Virus record (IMG/VR): IMGVR_UViG_3300037419_002757
Location: 1-56,857 of that record
DNA: 56,857 nucleotides
Source: a virus
Taxonomy: Duplodnaviria > Caudoviricetes
Reading direction: 5' to 3' (one strand)
Shown here: piece by piece, positions 1 through 8,534 of the stretch
Position numbering within the stretch: position 1 is the first letter of the stretch
How the letters are laid out: each line of letters opens with the position of its first letter
Translations under genes and position numbers: made by a program
The notes under the pieces: generated by a model
What the model saw: the letters and a program-made list of their open reading frames with translations, nothing else
The model's database searches: none
What the model was told of the DNA's origin: nothing

Positions 1-127
1 AGCAGCGCGGGTGGAGCCGCGACTTCCGGACGCTCCGGACGGGGCTGTCCCCCGACGTCAACGGGCGCTACCCCGACCAGTTCTGCGTCGTCAACGGGCG
101 CATCGTGTGGACGAACGGCATCGACCG
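1..127. repeat. Terminal direct repeat, left copy (circular assembly overlap)
   Basis: Bases 1-127 are identical to 56731-56857 and fall inside one continuous reading frame. Confidence 0.97.
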
Positions 128-1775
128 CGCGCTCGTCTACGACGGCTTCACCCTGCTCAACCTCGGCTACCGCGAGGTGCCGTCCGCGCCGACGGTGCTC
201 GGGCCGGGGAACGACGCCCACCCCGTCTTCACGAACGACTCCGGCTACGCCCACCCCGGGGCCATCGGCACCATCGGTGACGTCTTCAACACCGACGAGG
301 GGACGCTGCTCCCGGGCGCGTGGTACTACGCCGTCCAGTTCGAGGACGAGTTCGGGAACCGATCGGCGTGGGGGCCGCTCGGCGGGCCGGCGCTCATCCG
401 GACGGAGCGCACCGCCGGGTACTACTGGATCGACTACACGGCGTACCCGGACAATCCCGGGTTCCTCGGCCTCGGCGAGCCGAAGCCGCTCGGGACGCTC
501 TCCGTCACGCTCGACGACCTGACCCGGCAGTTCTTCCTCGAGGGCATCCCCGTCGGTCCGTCGGGCACGGTGAAGCGCCACATCGGCCGGACGATGGACG
601 CGACGCGCAACCCGAACACCCTCCGCCGGCTCGTCACCATCGACGACAACATCACCACGTCCATCCCCGACAACTTCCCCGATGCGGTGCTCGGACCCGA
701 GGTCGAGGACATCATTCCGGTGCCGACGTTCCAGGTGATGTGCGCCCATCAGGGGAGCCTCTGGATCGGCGCGGGCTCGCGCGTGTACCGCTCCCAACCC
801 GGCTTCATCGGCACGTTCGAGCGGGACGCGTGGGTGGATCTCGACGGCGAGGAGGTCACGGCGCTCGCGTCGTGGGCGGGGCACGTCATCGCCGCCACGG
901 AGCGGACGATCTACCTCATCCTCGACGATGCCGAGGGCGTCCGCAAGCGGCCGCTCTCCGAGGCGGACGGGTGCACGGCGCCGAACTCGATGCAGACGAC
1001 GGGCCTCGGCCTGCTCGTGTGGTTGAGCAGCAACGGCTTCCGGGCGATGGACACGTCCCTCCAGATCCAGGACATCTTCGACGACGAGCAGGACCTCCTC
1101 TCGACCTTCTCCCGCGGGCTCATGGGCCGGGCGCAGGCGGAGTGGTGCTCGACCACGAAGGAGTACCTGTGCGCCGTGCCGCTCGCCGGCGAGCCGGGGA
1201 ACAACCTCGTCCTCGCCTTCGACGGGCGAGGGTGGCGGCGGCTCCTGTACGGCATCCGCTGGGGTGGCATCTGCGAGACGCGGGACTGGACGCGCCGGCT
1301 CATCGGCGTCGGGCTCGACACCGCGGCGGGGCAGCACAACGTCTTCGATCTGACCGGCGAGCACGCGAGCTACACCCCGCCGGTCAAGACGTACCTCTTC
1401 CGGACCCAATGGCTCCGGCCGGACATGATGGGCCGCAAGCGGTTCTCGTCGTGCACGGTGTGGCTCGGCATCGTCGAGACGGGGAACTTCGACATCACAT
1501 GCCGGGTGTACCAGAACTGGCGGATGGCGAACGTCGTCGAGACGAAGACGTTCACCGCCGCGGTGAAGTTGCCCGCGCAGCTTTCGGCGATGGTCGTCGG
1601 CACCGACAGTGTCATCCGCCCGCGCATGACGTGGAAGCGCGTGGACTTCCGCGTCAAGAGCGCGGAAGCGTTGGCCTTCGATTTCACCTGCGTCGAACCG
1701 AACTACCTCCACATTCACGCGATCTCGCTGGAGTTCACGCAGGAGGACGCGGGGGACATGGCGAGCCGGGCGTAG
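1..1775 (+). CDS. Tail nozzle / tail tubular protein B-like (P22 gp10-like), 3' part; full gene is 56469-56730 joined to 1-1775, ~678 aa
   Basis: ORF 105..1775 is in frame with the GTG at 56469 across the junction. Beta-rich protein with a 'YLFRTQWL..D...RKRF' C-terminal motif, lying downstream of the adaptor gene. Confidence 0.7.
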   Translation, partial: QRGWSRDFRTLRTGLSPDVNGRYPDQFCVVNGRIVWTNGIDRALVYDGFTLLNLGYREVPSAPTVLGPGNDAHPVFTNDSGYAHPGAIGTIGDVFNTDEGTLLPGAWYYAVQFEDEFGNRSAWGPLGGPALIRTERTAGYYWIDYTAYPDNPGFLGLGEPKPLGTLSVTLDDLTRQFFLEGIPVGPSGTVKRHIGRTMDATRNPNTLRRLVTIDDNITTSIPDNFPDAVLGPEVEDIIPVPTFQVMCAHQGSLWIGAGSRVYRSQPGFIGTFERDAWVDLDGEEVTALASWAGHVIAATERTIYLILDDAEGVRKRPLSEADGCTAPNSMQTTGLGLLVWLSSNGFRAMDTSLQIQDIFDDEQDLLSTFSRGLMGRAQAEWCSTTKEYLCAVPLAGEPGNNLVLAFDGRGWRRLLYGIRWGGICETRDWTRRLIGVGLDTAAGQHNVFDLTGEHASYTPPVKTYLFRTQWLRPDMMGRKRFSSCTVWLGIVETGNFDITCRVYQNWRMANVVETKTFTAAVKLPAQLSAMVVGTDSVIRPRMTWKRVDFRVKSAEALAFDFTCVEPNYLHIHAISLEFTQEDAGDMASRA

Positions 1776-1805
1776 TTGCACTTCCGGTAGTAGACATGCT
1801 ACAAG
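1776..1805 (+). promoter_or_regulatory. Sigma70-like promoter for moron 1
   Basis: TTGCAC-N18-TACAAG with TG extension, followed by AGGAG RBS and ATG at 1828. Confidence 0.5.
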
Positions 1806-1827
1806 ATGCGCTCACAGGAGAGCACGC

Positions 1828-2139
1828 ATGTCCGCCACCGAAACCGACGATCGCACCCTCGCCACCCTCGTCACCGCCCTCGTTCTCATGCCGTTCGACC
1901 TCGCCTTCTTCGGGTGGCAGCGGTCGCTGGTGTGGTCGTGGTTCATCGTGCCGCTCGGCGTGCGGCCGCTCTCCATCGTGGAGGCGGTGGGGCTGGCGGT
2001 CGCGTGGTCCGTCATCAAGAACGGGAAGGACGACCGGAAGGAGACGCCGGGGGAGTTCGCGTCGCGCTGGCTGGAATCCGTGGTTCGCGGGCTCGTCGGG
2101 CTCGGAATCGCGTGGGTCGTGATGCGCCTGACGAGGTAG
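1828..2139 (+). CDS. Moron 1: small multi-pass membrane protein
   Basis: 103 aa with about three hydrophobic segments, own RBS and promoter, located between structural genes. Confidence 0.75.
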   Translation: MSATETDDRTLATLVTALVLMPFDLAFFGWQRSLVWSWFIVPLGVRPLSIVEAVGLAVAWSVIKNGKDDRKETPGEFASRWLESVVRGLVGLGIAWVVMRLTR

Positions 2140-2150
2140 ACTCCCGACGA
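2135..2150 (+). promoter_or_regulatory. Conserved motif GTAGACTYCCGACG, copy 1 (probable late promoter)
   Basis: GGTAGACTCCCGACGA, just upstream of the RBS of the next structural gene. Confidence 0.6.
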
Positions 2151-2164
2151 GCCGGAGTCCGCGC

Positions 2165-3673
2165 GTGCCCCACCAGAACCCCCCCGTCGCCTTCAAGGCC
2201 CGCGAGGCCCCGGACGTCTCGACGTGGAACGAGTCCTTCCTCCGCGTCGGGACGCGTTTGTCTGGACGTCTAAACGAACATGACGTCGAAGGCGGGATCT
2301 TCCCGTTCTCGCGGCTGGAGGACTCCTGCTACTACACCATGCACGCCGCGACGGCGTCGGTGGACCCGGACCTGCGCGGGAACGACTGGTTCAAGCAGGA
2401 CGGGTCCGGGCCGGGGGACACGTTCACCCTCCAGGACTCCTACGCGTGGCAGAGCGTCGAGGAGATGTCCGTCACGCTCACGACGGGGGAGGACCTGCTC
2501 GTCGTCTTCGCGCTCGTGCAGCACGCCGCGTGGAAGGGCACCGCCGGGGCGCACGGCGCGACCGCGCCGTCCATCGACACGACGATGCGCGTGCAGCACG
2601 CGCTCCAGATCGACAGCGCCCGCATCGACGAGACCATCACCGGTGCGTCCGTCGTCCCCGACCCGCCGCCGATGGAGCTCTACCGGGTGCAGAAGTCGTC
2701 GGCCTCGCCGAACGACTTCGACTGGCGCCACGTGCAGGTCATCCAGGACACCACCGGCATCAACAACGCCGCGAACCCCGCGCGCCTGATGACGGTGTTC
2801 CCCGCGGGCCCCGGGAGCCACACCGTCGAGGTCGTGAGCCGACGGCTGCCGGCCGCCGACGGGAAGATCGACGAGGACGGCGAGGGCGTCTACGTCCAGT
2901 TCTTCAACCGGCAGTTGTATATCCTGCGCATCAGGGGCTTCTCGTCCCACGGCGGGACGGACGCGACGCTGGACGTGGACCCGTGGGACGACGCCGACGT
3001 CGTGAGCGCGGCGTCGCTGATGACGCGGCGGTTCGACCGGCTCCAGGCGAGCATCAACGACCTGACCGAAGGGAACCTCGAGCGCGGGGCGCTCAACCAC
3101 GAGCACCTCCCGTCGAGCGTGCTGTACGCGCAGATGACCGCCATCGACGCGTCCCCGAGCGCGACGATCAACAGCATCTACCCGGGCTACGGCGCGGCCG
3201 GCGCAGGCCCGCCGAACTGGACGACGGTGTCCGACGGCGCCGGCAACAACCTCGAAGTGACGATCAACGCCGACTTCGCCGCGAATCCCGGCGTGCTCGT
3301 CGTGATGGCGAACGTCGAGGTGCTGTCGGTGGCGACGAACCCGGCGTCGCAGGAGATCCGCGCGCTCGGCGCGCTCACCGTCGCCTACATCAACCACGCC
3401 GGCACGCGCACCCACGTCGCGTTGACGGAGGTGTACGTCAACGCCCACAACCCCGACCCGACGTCCGGTTCGGCGATGGCGGACATCGACACGGACATCC
3501 CGCTCCTGTGGCTCGTGGACACGACGAAGCTCTCCTCCGCCGACCGGCACATGGACACGATCCAGATCCGCGGCGCCACATGGGACGGCTCCGGCGGCGG
3601 CGCGACGGTGGCCATGAAGACGAAGCGGGGGATCCTGTCGGTGTACCTGCTGCGGGGCGTGACGCTTACTTGA
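2165..3673 (+). CDS. Virion structural protein (tail-associated), apparently two related beta-rich domains
   Basis: 502 aa, GTG start with GGAG RBS, Ala/Gly/Thr/Asp-rich, follows the nozzle gene. Confidence 0.7.
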   Translation: MPHQNPPVAFKAREAPDVSTWNESFLRVGTRLSGRLNEHDVEGGIFPFSRLEDSCYYTMHAATASVDPDLRGNDWFKQDGSGPGDTFTLQDSYAWQSVEEMSVTLTTGEDLLVVFALVQHAAWKGTAGAHGATAPSIDTTMRVQHALQIDSARIDETITGASVVPDPPPMELYRVQKSSASPNDFDWRHVQVIQDTTGINNAANPARLMTVFPAGPGSHTVEVVSRRLPAADGKIDEDGEGVYVQFFNRQLYILRIRGFSSHGGTDATLDVDPWDDADVVSAASLMTRRFDRLQASINDLTEGNLERGALNHEHLPSSVLYAQMTAIDASPSATINSIYPGYGAAGAGPPNWTTVSDGAGNNLEVTINADFAANPGVLVVMANVEVLSVATNPASQEIRALGALTVAYINHAGTRTHVALTEVYVNAHNPDPTSGSAMADIDTDIPLLWLVDTTKLSSADRHMDTIQIRGATWDGSGGGATVAMKTKRGILSVYLLRGVTLT

Positions 3674-3697
3674 CGTCCTGCTACTACAGATTAGGGT
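3670..3697 (+). promoter_or_regulatory. Sigma70-like promoter for moron 2
   Basis: TTGACG-N16-TAGGGT, followed by AGGAGGT RBS. Confidence 0.55.
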
Positions 3698-3714
3698 AGA
3701 AGCAGGAGGTCAGC

Positions 3715-4050
3715 ATGTTCTATCGCTGCGGCGTCTGCGGAGAGCGATTCGGGAGCGAGGCGGGGATTCAGGAGCACATCTCGAAGCCGGACAAGGACGG
3801 CGAGAGCCACGACGGCGAGCCGTGGAGCGTCTGTGACGATGAGATCGCCATCGTGGCCCGGGTCTCGTCCGAGTCCCCGTGGTGCTACTTCGGGTCGTGG
3901 CGTTTCGGTAGAGACGCCGCCTTCTCGGAGGACGAGGCCGTCGGCTGGCAGATTCGGCAGTTGTTTCGCATGGGATTCGTGGATGTTCGAGTCAAGCACG
4001 TCGCGGATGCGAAGCATCTGTTCGAGGCGCAGGCCGAGGATACGCAGTAG
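3715..4050 (+). CDS. Moron 2: protein with an N-terminal C2H2-like zinc finger
   Basis: YRCGVCGERFGSEAGIQEH fits Y-x-C-x2-C-x3-F-x5-I-x2-H; strong RBS. Confidence 0.75.
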   Translation: MFYRCGVCGERFGSEAGIQEHISKPDKDGESHDGEPWSVCDDEIAIVARVSSESPWCYFGSWRFGRDAAFSEDEAVGWQIRQLFRMGFVDVRVKHVADAKHLFEAQAEDTQ

Positions 4051-4061
4051 ACTTCCGACGA
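4047..4061 (+). promoter_or_regulatory. Conserved motif copy 2
   Basis: GTAGACTTCCGACGA. Confidence 0.6.
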
Positions 4062-4071
4062 GAGGTGTGCC

Positions 4072-4863
4072 ATCGCGGACGTAACCCTGTCGTACAGCCC
4101 TTCGGACGGCGACACGCTCGACCCCGACGGGCTCAACGCGAACCTCTACTCGACGACCCCGAGCATCTCGCTCTACGAGACGGCGAACGGGCACATCGAG
4201 CTCGCCAACTTCGCGGCGGGGTTCAAGGTCAAGTCCTACCACATCCAGCCCGGGGAGACAGGATTAGGCGGGTTCGGGGGCAGGCTGTTCTCCAGCGACT
4301 ACTATCAGGACGCGTACGGGCAGTACGAGGAGTACAAGCCCGTGGCGGGGTGCTGCATCACCTTCCGCCAGCGGTACGACGCGACCTTCGCGCAGTTCTT
4401 CGCGTCCGCCTTCGCGACGGTGTGGCGGCAACCGGGCCCGCCGTCCGCCGACCGGGTGTGGACCGCGCCGCCGGACGTGCAGATCCGGATGTTCTTCAAC
4501 GGGACCGCCGTGGACGAGAGCAAGCGCCGCCTGCCGAAGACGGTGTTCTACGGCACCGGGGGCATCAGCCCCGAGGTGGACATCTACGCCCGGGAGCAGC
4601 ACGTCACCCGGCACTTCAACCTGCACTTCTCGAAGATGGCGGGGCAGACCCGCCCCTACGACCAGCTGGTCGCCGGCGTGCACTCCTTCGGCCTCGGCGT
4701 CTACGTGAGCCACAACACGGAGGGGTCGAACACCTCCGACGCCAACGACGACAAGCAGCCGTACATCGACGGGACGTCGGACATCCGCCCGGTGGCCTGC
4801 TACAACGCCATGCACCGCGTCCGGATGTACGTCCGGAATGCGGGCTGGTACGCGCTGCGGTAG
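4072..4863 (+). CDS. Virion structural protein, ~263 aa, probable ATC start
   Basis: The frame of ORF 4342..4863 stays open back to the TAG at 4048. AGAGGT lies 5 nt before ATC-GCG-GAC-GTA, giving (M)ADVTLSYSPSDGDTLDP. Confidence 0.7.
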   Translation: MADVTLSYSPSDGDTLDPDGLNANLYSTTPSISLYETANGHIELANFAAGFKVKSYHIQPGETGLGGFGGRLFSSDYYQDAYGQYEEYKPVAGCCITFRQRYDATFAQFFASAFATVWRQPGPPSADRVWTAPPDVQIRMFFNGTAVDESKRRLPKTVFYGTGGISPEVDIYAREQHVTRHFNLHFSKMAGQTRPYDQLVAGVHSFGLGVYVSHNTEGSNTSDANDDKQPYIDGTSDIRPVACYNAMHRVRMYVRNAGWYALR

Positions 4864-4870
4864 TTTCGTC

Positions 4871-4899
4871 TTGCCTACAAGTAGACGTCGGGGTAGTAG
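4871..4899 (+). promoter_or_regulatory. Promoter for moron 3, overlapping a CTACAAGTAG dyad
   Basis: TTGCCT-N17-TAGTAG; CTAC-AA-GTAG at 4875-4884. Confidence 0.45.
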
Positions 4900-4929
4900 T
4901 CCATGCGCACAACCGCGCAGGAGTACACC

Positions 4930-5322
4930 GTGTCCATCCGCACCGTCCCGCACCTCGCCCTCACGCCGACCGACAAGGCGATCGCCATCACCGCCGACGA
5001 CCGCGACCCCCAGGCGGGCAACATGAGCCACGACTACCGGATCGCGCTCAAGACGGACAACGTCACGTCGTCCGCCGACGTGGACCTCGGGCAGACCCTC
5101 CATTTCCAGCACGGGCCCATCGCCGAGAAGGGCGTCAACGGCATCACGAACGAGGCGTTGATCGCCATCGTGATCGACCGGCTCAACGGCGCGCAGGAGG
5201 GCCCGTTCAAGTGCCGGGAGAACGCGCTCGCGATCACGAAGCTGGAGGAGGCGTCCCTCTGGCTCGCCCGCCGCACGCTCGACCGGATGGCACGAGGTGT
5301 CGAGGGGCAGAGCAAGGCGTAG
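4930..5322 (+). CDS. tad1: Moron 3: Tad1-like anti-Thoeris/anti-CBASS signal-sequestering sponge
   Basis: Motifs HDYRI, FQHGP..E.GVNG.TNE.LI.IVIDRL...Q.GPF.CRENALAITKLEEA.LWL.RR..DR..RGV.G match the Tad1 family as I recall it. GTG at 4930 has an AGGAG RBS; ATG 4903 is an alternative start. Confidence 0.85.
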   Translation: MSIRTVPHLALTPTDKAIAITADDRDPQAGNMSHDYRIALKTDNVTSSADVDLGQTLHFQHGPIAEKGVNGITNEALIAIVIDRLNGAQEGPFKCRENALAITKLEEASLWLARRTLDRMARGVEGQSKA

Positions 5323-5325
5323 TCG

Positions 5326-5340
5326 GGTAGACTCCCGACG
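5326..5340 (+). promoter_or_regulatory. Conserved motif copy 3
   Basis: GGTAGACTCCCGACG; here it is separate from the upstream stop codon. Confidence 0.6.
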
Positions 5341-5349
5341 GAGGCCGAC

Positions 5350-5970
5350 ATGGCGACCGATCCGACGACGAACAAGACCACGACCATCGGCGGCGGCGTC
5401 GGCAAGATGGCGGGGCAGGGCATCGGCCTCATCGCCTCCGGCGGCAACCCGATCATCGGGGACGCCGCCGGGAAGGTCGGCGAGTTCGTCGGGAACACCG
5501 TCGGCCAGATCGCCGGGGAGTTCTCTCCGACGGCCATCGCCCAGCGGAAGGAGGCGCAGAAGGCGGCGCAGAAGCTCCGCACCGGGGAGTTCGGCACCTC
5601 GGCGGCGGAGAAGCAGAACAGCTACGCGCAGGCGCAGAAGCTCCTCCAGGCCCAGGGCGCGAACATGGCGCAGGACGTCGCCCGGCAGCAGGCCGCGGGG
5701 AACCTCTCGGGCGGGGCCTACTCCGACGCCGTGCGCAACCTCGCACAGCAGACGCAGGGCGCGCTCGGGAACGTGGCCGGGCAGATCCAGCAGTCCTCCG
5801 ACCGCATGGCCCGGAGCGACTACCAGCAGGCCCTCGGGCTCGTGGACGCGCAGGCCAACCGCGGCCGCGAGTTCTGGTCCCGGCCGACCGCGCCGCCGAC
5901 GGACCTGAAGGATCTCGCCGGCGACCCGACCGACTACTCCAACACCATCAACGCCTTCGCCACGAAGTAG
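5350..5970 (+). CDS. Small internal virion (ejection) protein
   Basis: 206 aa with a Gly-rich amphipathic N-terminus then Gln/Ala-rich helices; GGAGG RBS; first of three genes of increasing size, as in podoviral ejection modules. Confidence 0.7.
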   Translation: MATDPTTNKTTTIGGGVGKMAGQGIGLIASGGNPIIGDAAGKVGEFVGNTVGQIAGEFSPTAIAQRKEAQKAAQKLRTGEFGTSAAEKQNSYAQAQKLLQAQGANMAQDVARQQAAGNLSGGAYSDAVRNLAQQTQGALGNVAGQIQQSSDRMARSDYQQALGLVDAQANRGREFWSRPTAPPTDLKDLAGDPTDYSNTINAFATK

Positions 5971-5976
5971 CTTTCG

Positions 5977-6162
5977 ATGCGGGCATTTCTCCGACGCATG
6001 TGTCTCACGGCCCGGCTCTGCGATTCGTGGGGCCCGACCCGGATGACCGTCATCGTGTCCGGCGACGAGGTGCCAGCGGGGTACCGGGAGGACCGGGAAG
6101 AGAAGTCCCGGCTCAACGACGCCGAAAGAACGTGGCTGCACGGCTTCCGGTTGGCGAGGTAG
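5977..6162 (+). CDS. Moron 4: small hypothetical protein or remnant
   Basis: 61-aa ORF filling the gap and ending in the conserved motif; no clear RBS. Confidence 0.4.
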   Translation: MRAFLRRMCLTARLCDSWGPTRMTVIVSGDEVPAGYREDREEKSRLNDAERTWLHGFRLAR

Positions 6163-6173
6163 ACTCCCGACGA
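6158..6173 (+). promoter_or_regulatory. Conserved motif copy 4
   Basis: GGTAGACTCCCGACGA. Confidence 0.6.
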
Positions 6174-6186
6174 CAGGGAGCCCCCG

Positions 6187-8514
6187 ATGGCGGAATCCGA
6201 CAGCACCCGCTTGCAGATCGCGCGCGAGACGAACGCGACCCGGCAGAACGTCCAGGAGTCGAAGGACGACAGCCGCACCCTCCTCGGCTTGAAGATGGCG
6301 CTCGCGGGGCACGGCGGGCTCTACGAGGAGGAGGGCGAGGACGCGCTCAAGATCAAGACGACGAAGCTCAAGGCCATCGCCGACTACCAGGCCAAGGGCA
6401 ACAGCGGCAGCGCCGCCGCGCGCGCCCGCGCCATCGCCGATCTCTACAAGGCGGTCCTCCAGAGCCCGATCCAGATGGCGAAGCTCGGAGGGCAGGCCGA
6501 CCCGCGGATGCTCCAGAGCATCGCCAATGCCACGGGGCGGGCGTGGGGCGACTCCGTGCCGGACGGGAGCGCAGAGTCCACGAAGGCGTGGCAGACGTTC
6601 TACGGCACGGCGAACGCCGTCAACGGCGCGGCGCTCAAGGCGACGTACGACCGCATCGTCGAGCAGTACGGCCCGCCGGAGAAGGCGGCGCTCGGCCCCG
6701 ACGACGCGCTCCAGCGCGACCGGGAGATGATCGACCGTCGCATCCGCGAGCAGGAGCGGACCTTCGACAACGCCGACCGGGAGCTGAAGAAGTTCACGGA
6801 GGACGTGGACAACGGCAAGGTGCCGACCGACCCGGAGATCCGGCGCATCCAGTCGCTCATTCCCGGCGGCGGGGACACCGCCTTCATCCAGAAGCTCCAG
6901 GACGACGTCCAGAACGAGCAGTACGAGCCGACGGAGGCGCAGAACAAGCGGGAGAAGTACCTGCTGGATGAGATCGCGAAGGCGGAGAAGGGGGACAAGG
7001 ACGCGTCCCCGGGCCTGCCCGACGACGTGCTGGCGAAGTTCGTCTCGACGCCGAAGGCGGCGTGGTGGGCGGAGGACAAGGGCTTCCGGATGGGCCGCGT
7101 GATTCCGCTCCAGAACCCCGACGACCCGAAGGAGGTCGCGACGCTCCAGAAGCAGTACCCGCAGGCGAAGGTGACGAAGTGGGGCATCTACATCCCCGGG
7201 CCGGACGACCGGAAGGCGCTCGAGTACGCGCACCGGCAGATGAGCCGGGGCCCGGAGGCGACCATCCCGCAGGCGCTGGGGCTCGGGCGCTTCAAGCCCG
7301 CGCAGATCGAGTTCGACGTGCGGGGCCAGCCCGGCGCCGGCCGGCAGGCGTCCGACGGGGCGTGGTACTTCACCACCGACGCCGATGGGAAGCAGGTCTT
7401 CCTCGACGAAGCGGACGTGCAGAAGCGGAAGAACGCCCTGACCGTCTCCCGCATCGCGAAGATGCCCGACGGGAAGTACCTCATGCAGATGTCCGACGGG
7501 CGGTACGCCTACGGCGAGGACGGGAAGATGGCGTTCATCCCGAAGCTCGCCGGGCAGAACCTCGAGGAGACCATCCCGGAGATGCACGCCGCGTCGTTCC
7601 GCGGCGGCGGCATCGCCGTCCCCGACGAGCTCAAGGACGCCCTCCCGGCAGGGGTGCAGCGCACGACCACGCCCCCGAAGGGCGCGGTGACGACCATCCA
7701 GGGCCGCGTCGCCGAGCGGGATCCCCGCGACCCGAAGGACTCCATCGCGTACTTCGACGACAAGGGGCAGCGGCACGTCGTGAAACGGGAGGACATCGTG
7801 GGCGACGTGACGACGCTCGAAGGTGGGAACCGTCCGCGCACGCTCGGCGCCGTCGTCACCGGCGCCATCGAGAAGGGCGCCGAGAAGCGCGAGGCGAAGC
7901 GCGTGGGCGAGGACCAGTACGTCCCCGAGGGCGAGGCCAGGAAGCCGACGCGCGCGCAGGCGAAGGCGGAGGTGAAGCGGACGAGCGACCTCTGGCGCCA
8001 GAGCACGAAGGACGAGCAGGACCCGGACAACCCCTTCCGCACCCGGGCGAAGCCCGAGGAGGGCGAGCCGGACATGACGGAGGTTAACGACTTCGCACCG
8101 ACGCCGGGGGAGCAGGACGTGGCTGACTTCAAGGCCGACGTGTCCCGGTCCGTGGCCGTCCACAACCGGCAGAAGCAGGGGCGTCCGAACCCTTATCCCT
8201 CTCCGAAGCTCAACCCGACGGAGCCCGGCCTCGACCCGGGGCAGTTCGACCCGAAGAATCTCGTGGGCGCAGGAACGCCACCGTTGAACGTGCCCCCGGC
8301 CGACTACAAGCCGTGGTCGTCCGAGGTGCCGGGCGGCATGGAGACGAAGCAGGGGGACGGGAAGTCGGCCGAGCAGGGCCCGGGGGACTTTCCCGAGGAC
8401 AGGCGCCCGGTGGCCGCCAATACGACGACGTCCGCGCCGACCGCCACGACGCAGAAGGGGGTGCTGGGCATGTTCCGGAAGAAGCCGACGACCGGCGACA
8501 CGTCGTACGCGTAG
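6187..8514 (+). CDS. Internal virion (ejection) protein, 775 aa
   Basis: Charged, helical and disordered, Cys-free; GGGAG RBS; position in the ejection module. Confidence 0.7.
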   Translation: MAESDSTRLQIARETNATRQNVQESKDDSRTLLGLKMALAGHGGLYEEEGEDALKIKTTKLKAIADYQAKGNSGSAAARARAIADLYKAVLQSPIQMAKLGGQADPRMLQSIANATGRAWGDSVPDGSAESTKAWQTFYGTANAVNGAALKATYDRIVEQYGPPEKAALGPDDALQRDREMIDRRIREQERTFDNADRELKKFTEDVDNGKVPTDPEIRRIQSLIPGGGDTAFIQKLQDDVQNEQYEPTEAQNKREKYLLDEIAKAEKGDKDASPGLPDDVLAKFVSTPKAAWWAEDKGFRMGRVIPLQNPDDPKEVATLQKQYPQAKVTKWGIYIPGPDDRKALEYAHRQMSRGPEATIPQALGLGRFKPAQIEFDVRGQPGAGRQASDGAWYFTTDADGKQVFLDEADVQKRKNALTVSRIAKMPDGKYLMQMSDGRYAYGEDGKMAFIPKLAGQNLEETIPEMHAASFRGGGIAVPDELKDALPAGVQRTTTPPKGAVTTIQGRVAERDPRDPKDSIAYFDDKGQRHVVKREDIVGDVTTLEGGNRPRTLGAVVTGAIEKGAEKREAKRVGEDQYVPEGEARKPTRAQAKAEVKRTSDLWRQSTKDEQDPDNPFRTRAKPEEGEPDMTEVNDFAPTPGEQDVADFKADVSRSVAVHNRQKQGRPNPYPSPKLNPTEPGLDPGQFDPKNLVGAGTPPLNVPPADYKPWSSEVPGGMETKQGDGKSAEQGPGDFPEDRRPVAANTTTSAPTATTQKGVLGMFRKKPTTGDTSYA

Positions 8515-8534
8515 TTCTGCGATAGCTTCTCCCG

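Noticed and set aside
1-127. 127-bp terminal repeat as the biological genome end
   Set aside because: It lies inside a coding gene and equals a common assembler k-mer length, so it shows circularity of the assembly only.
3715-4863. TAG readthrough or recoding fusing moron 2 to the next in-frame gene
   Set aside because: TAG ends most genes cleanly, no suppressor tRNA is seen, and a separate RBS precedes 4072.
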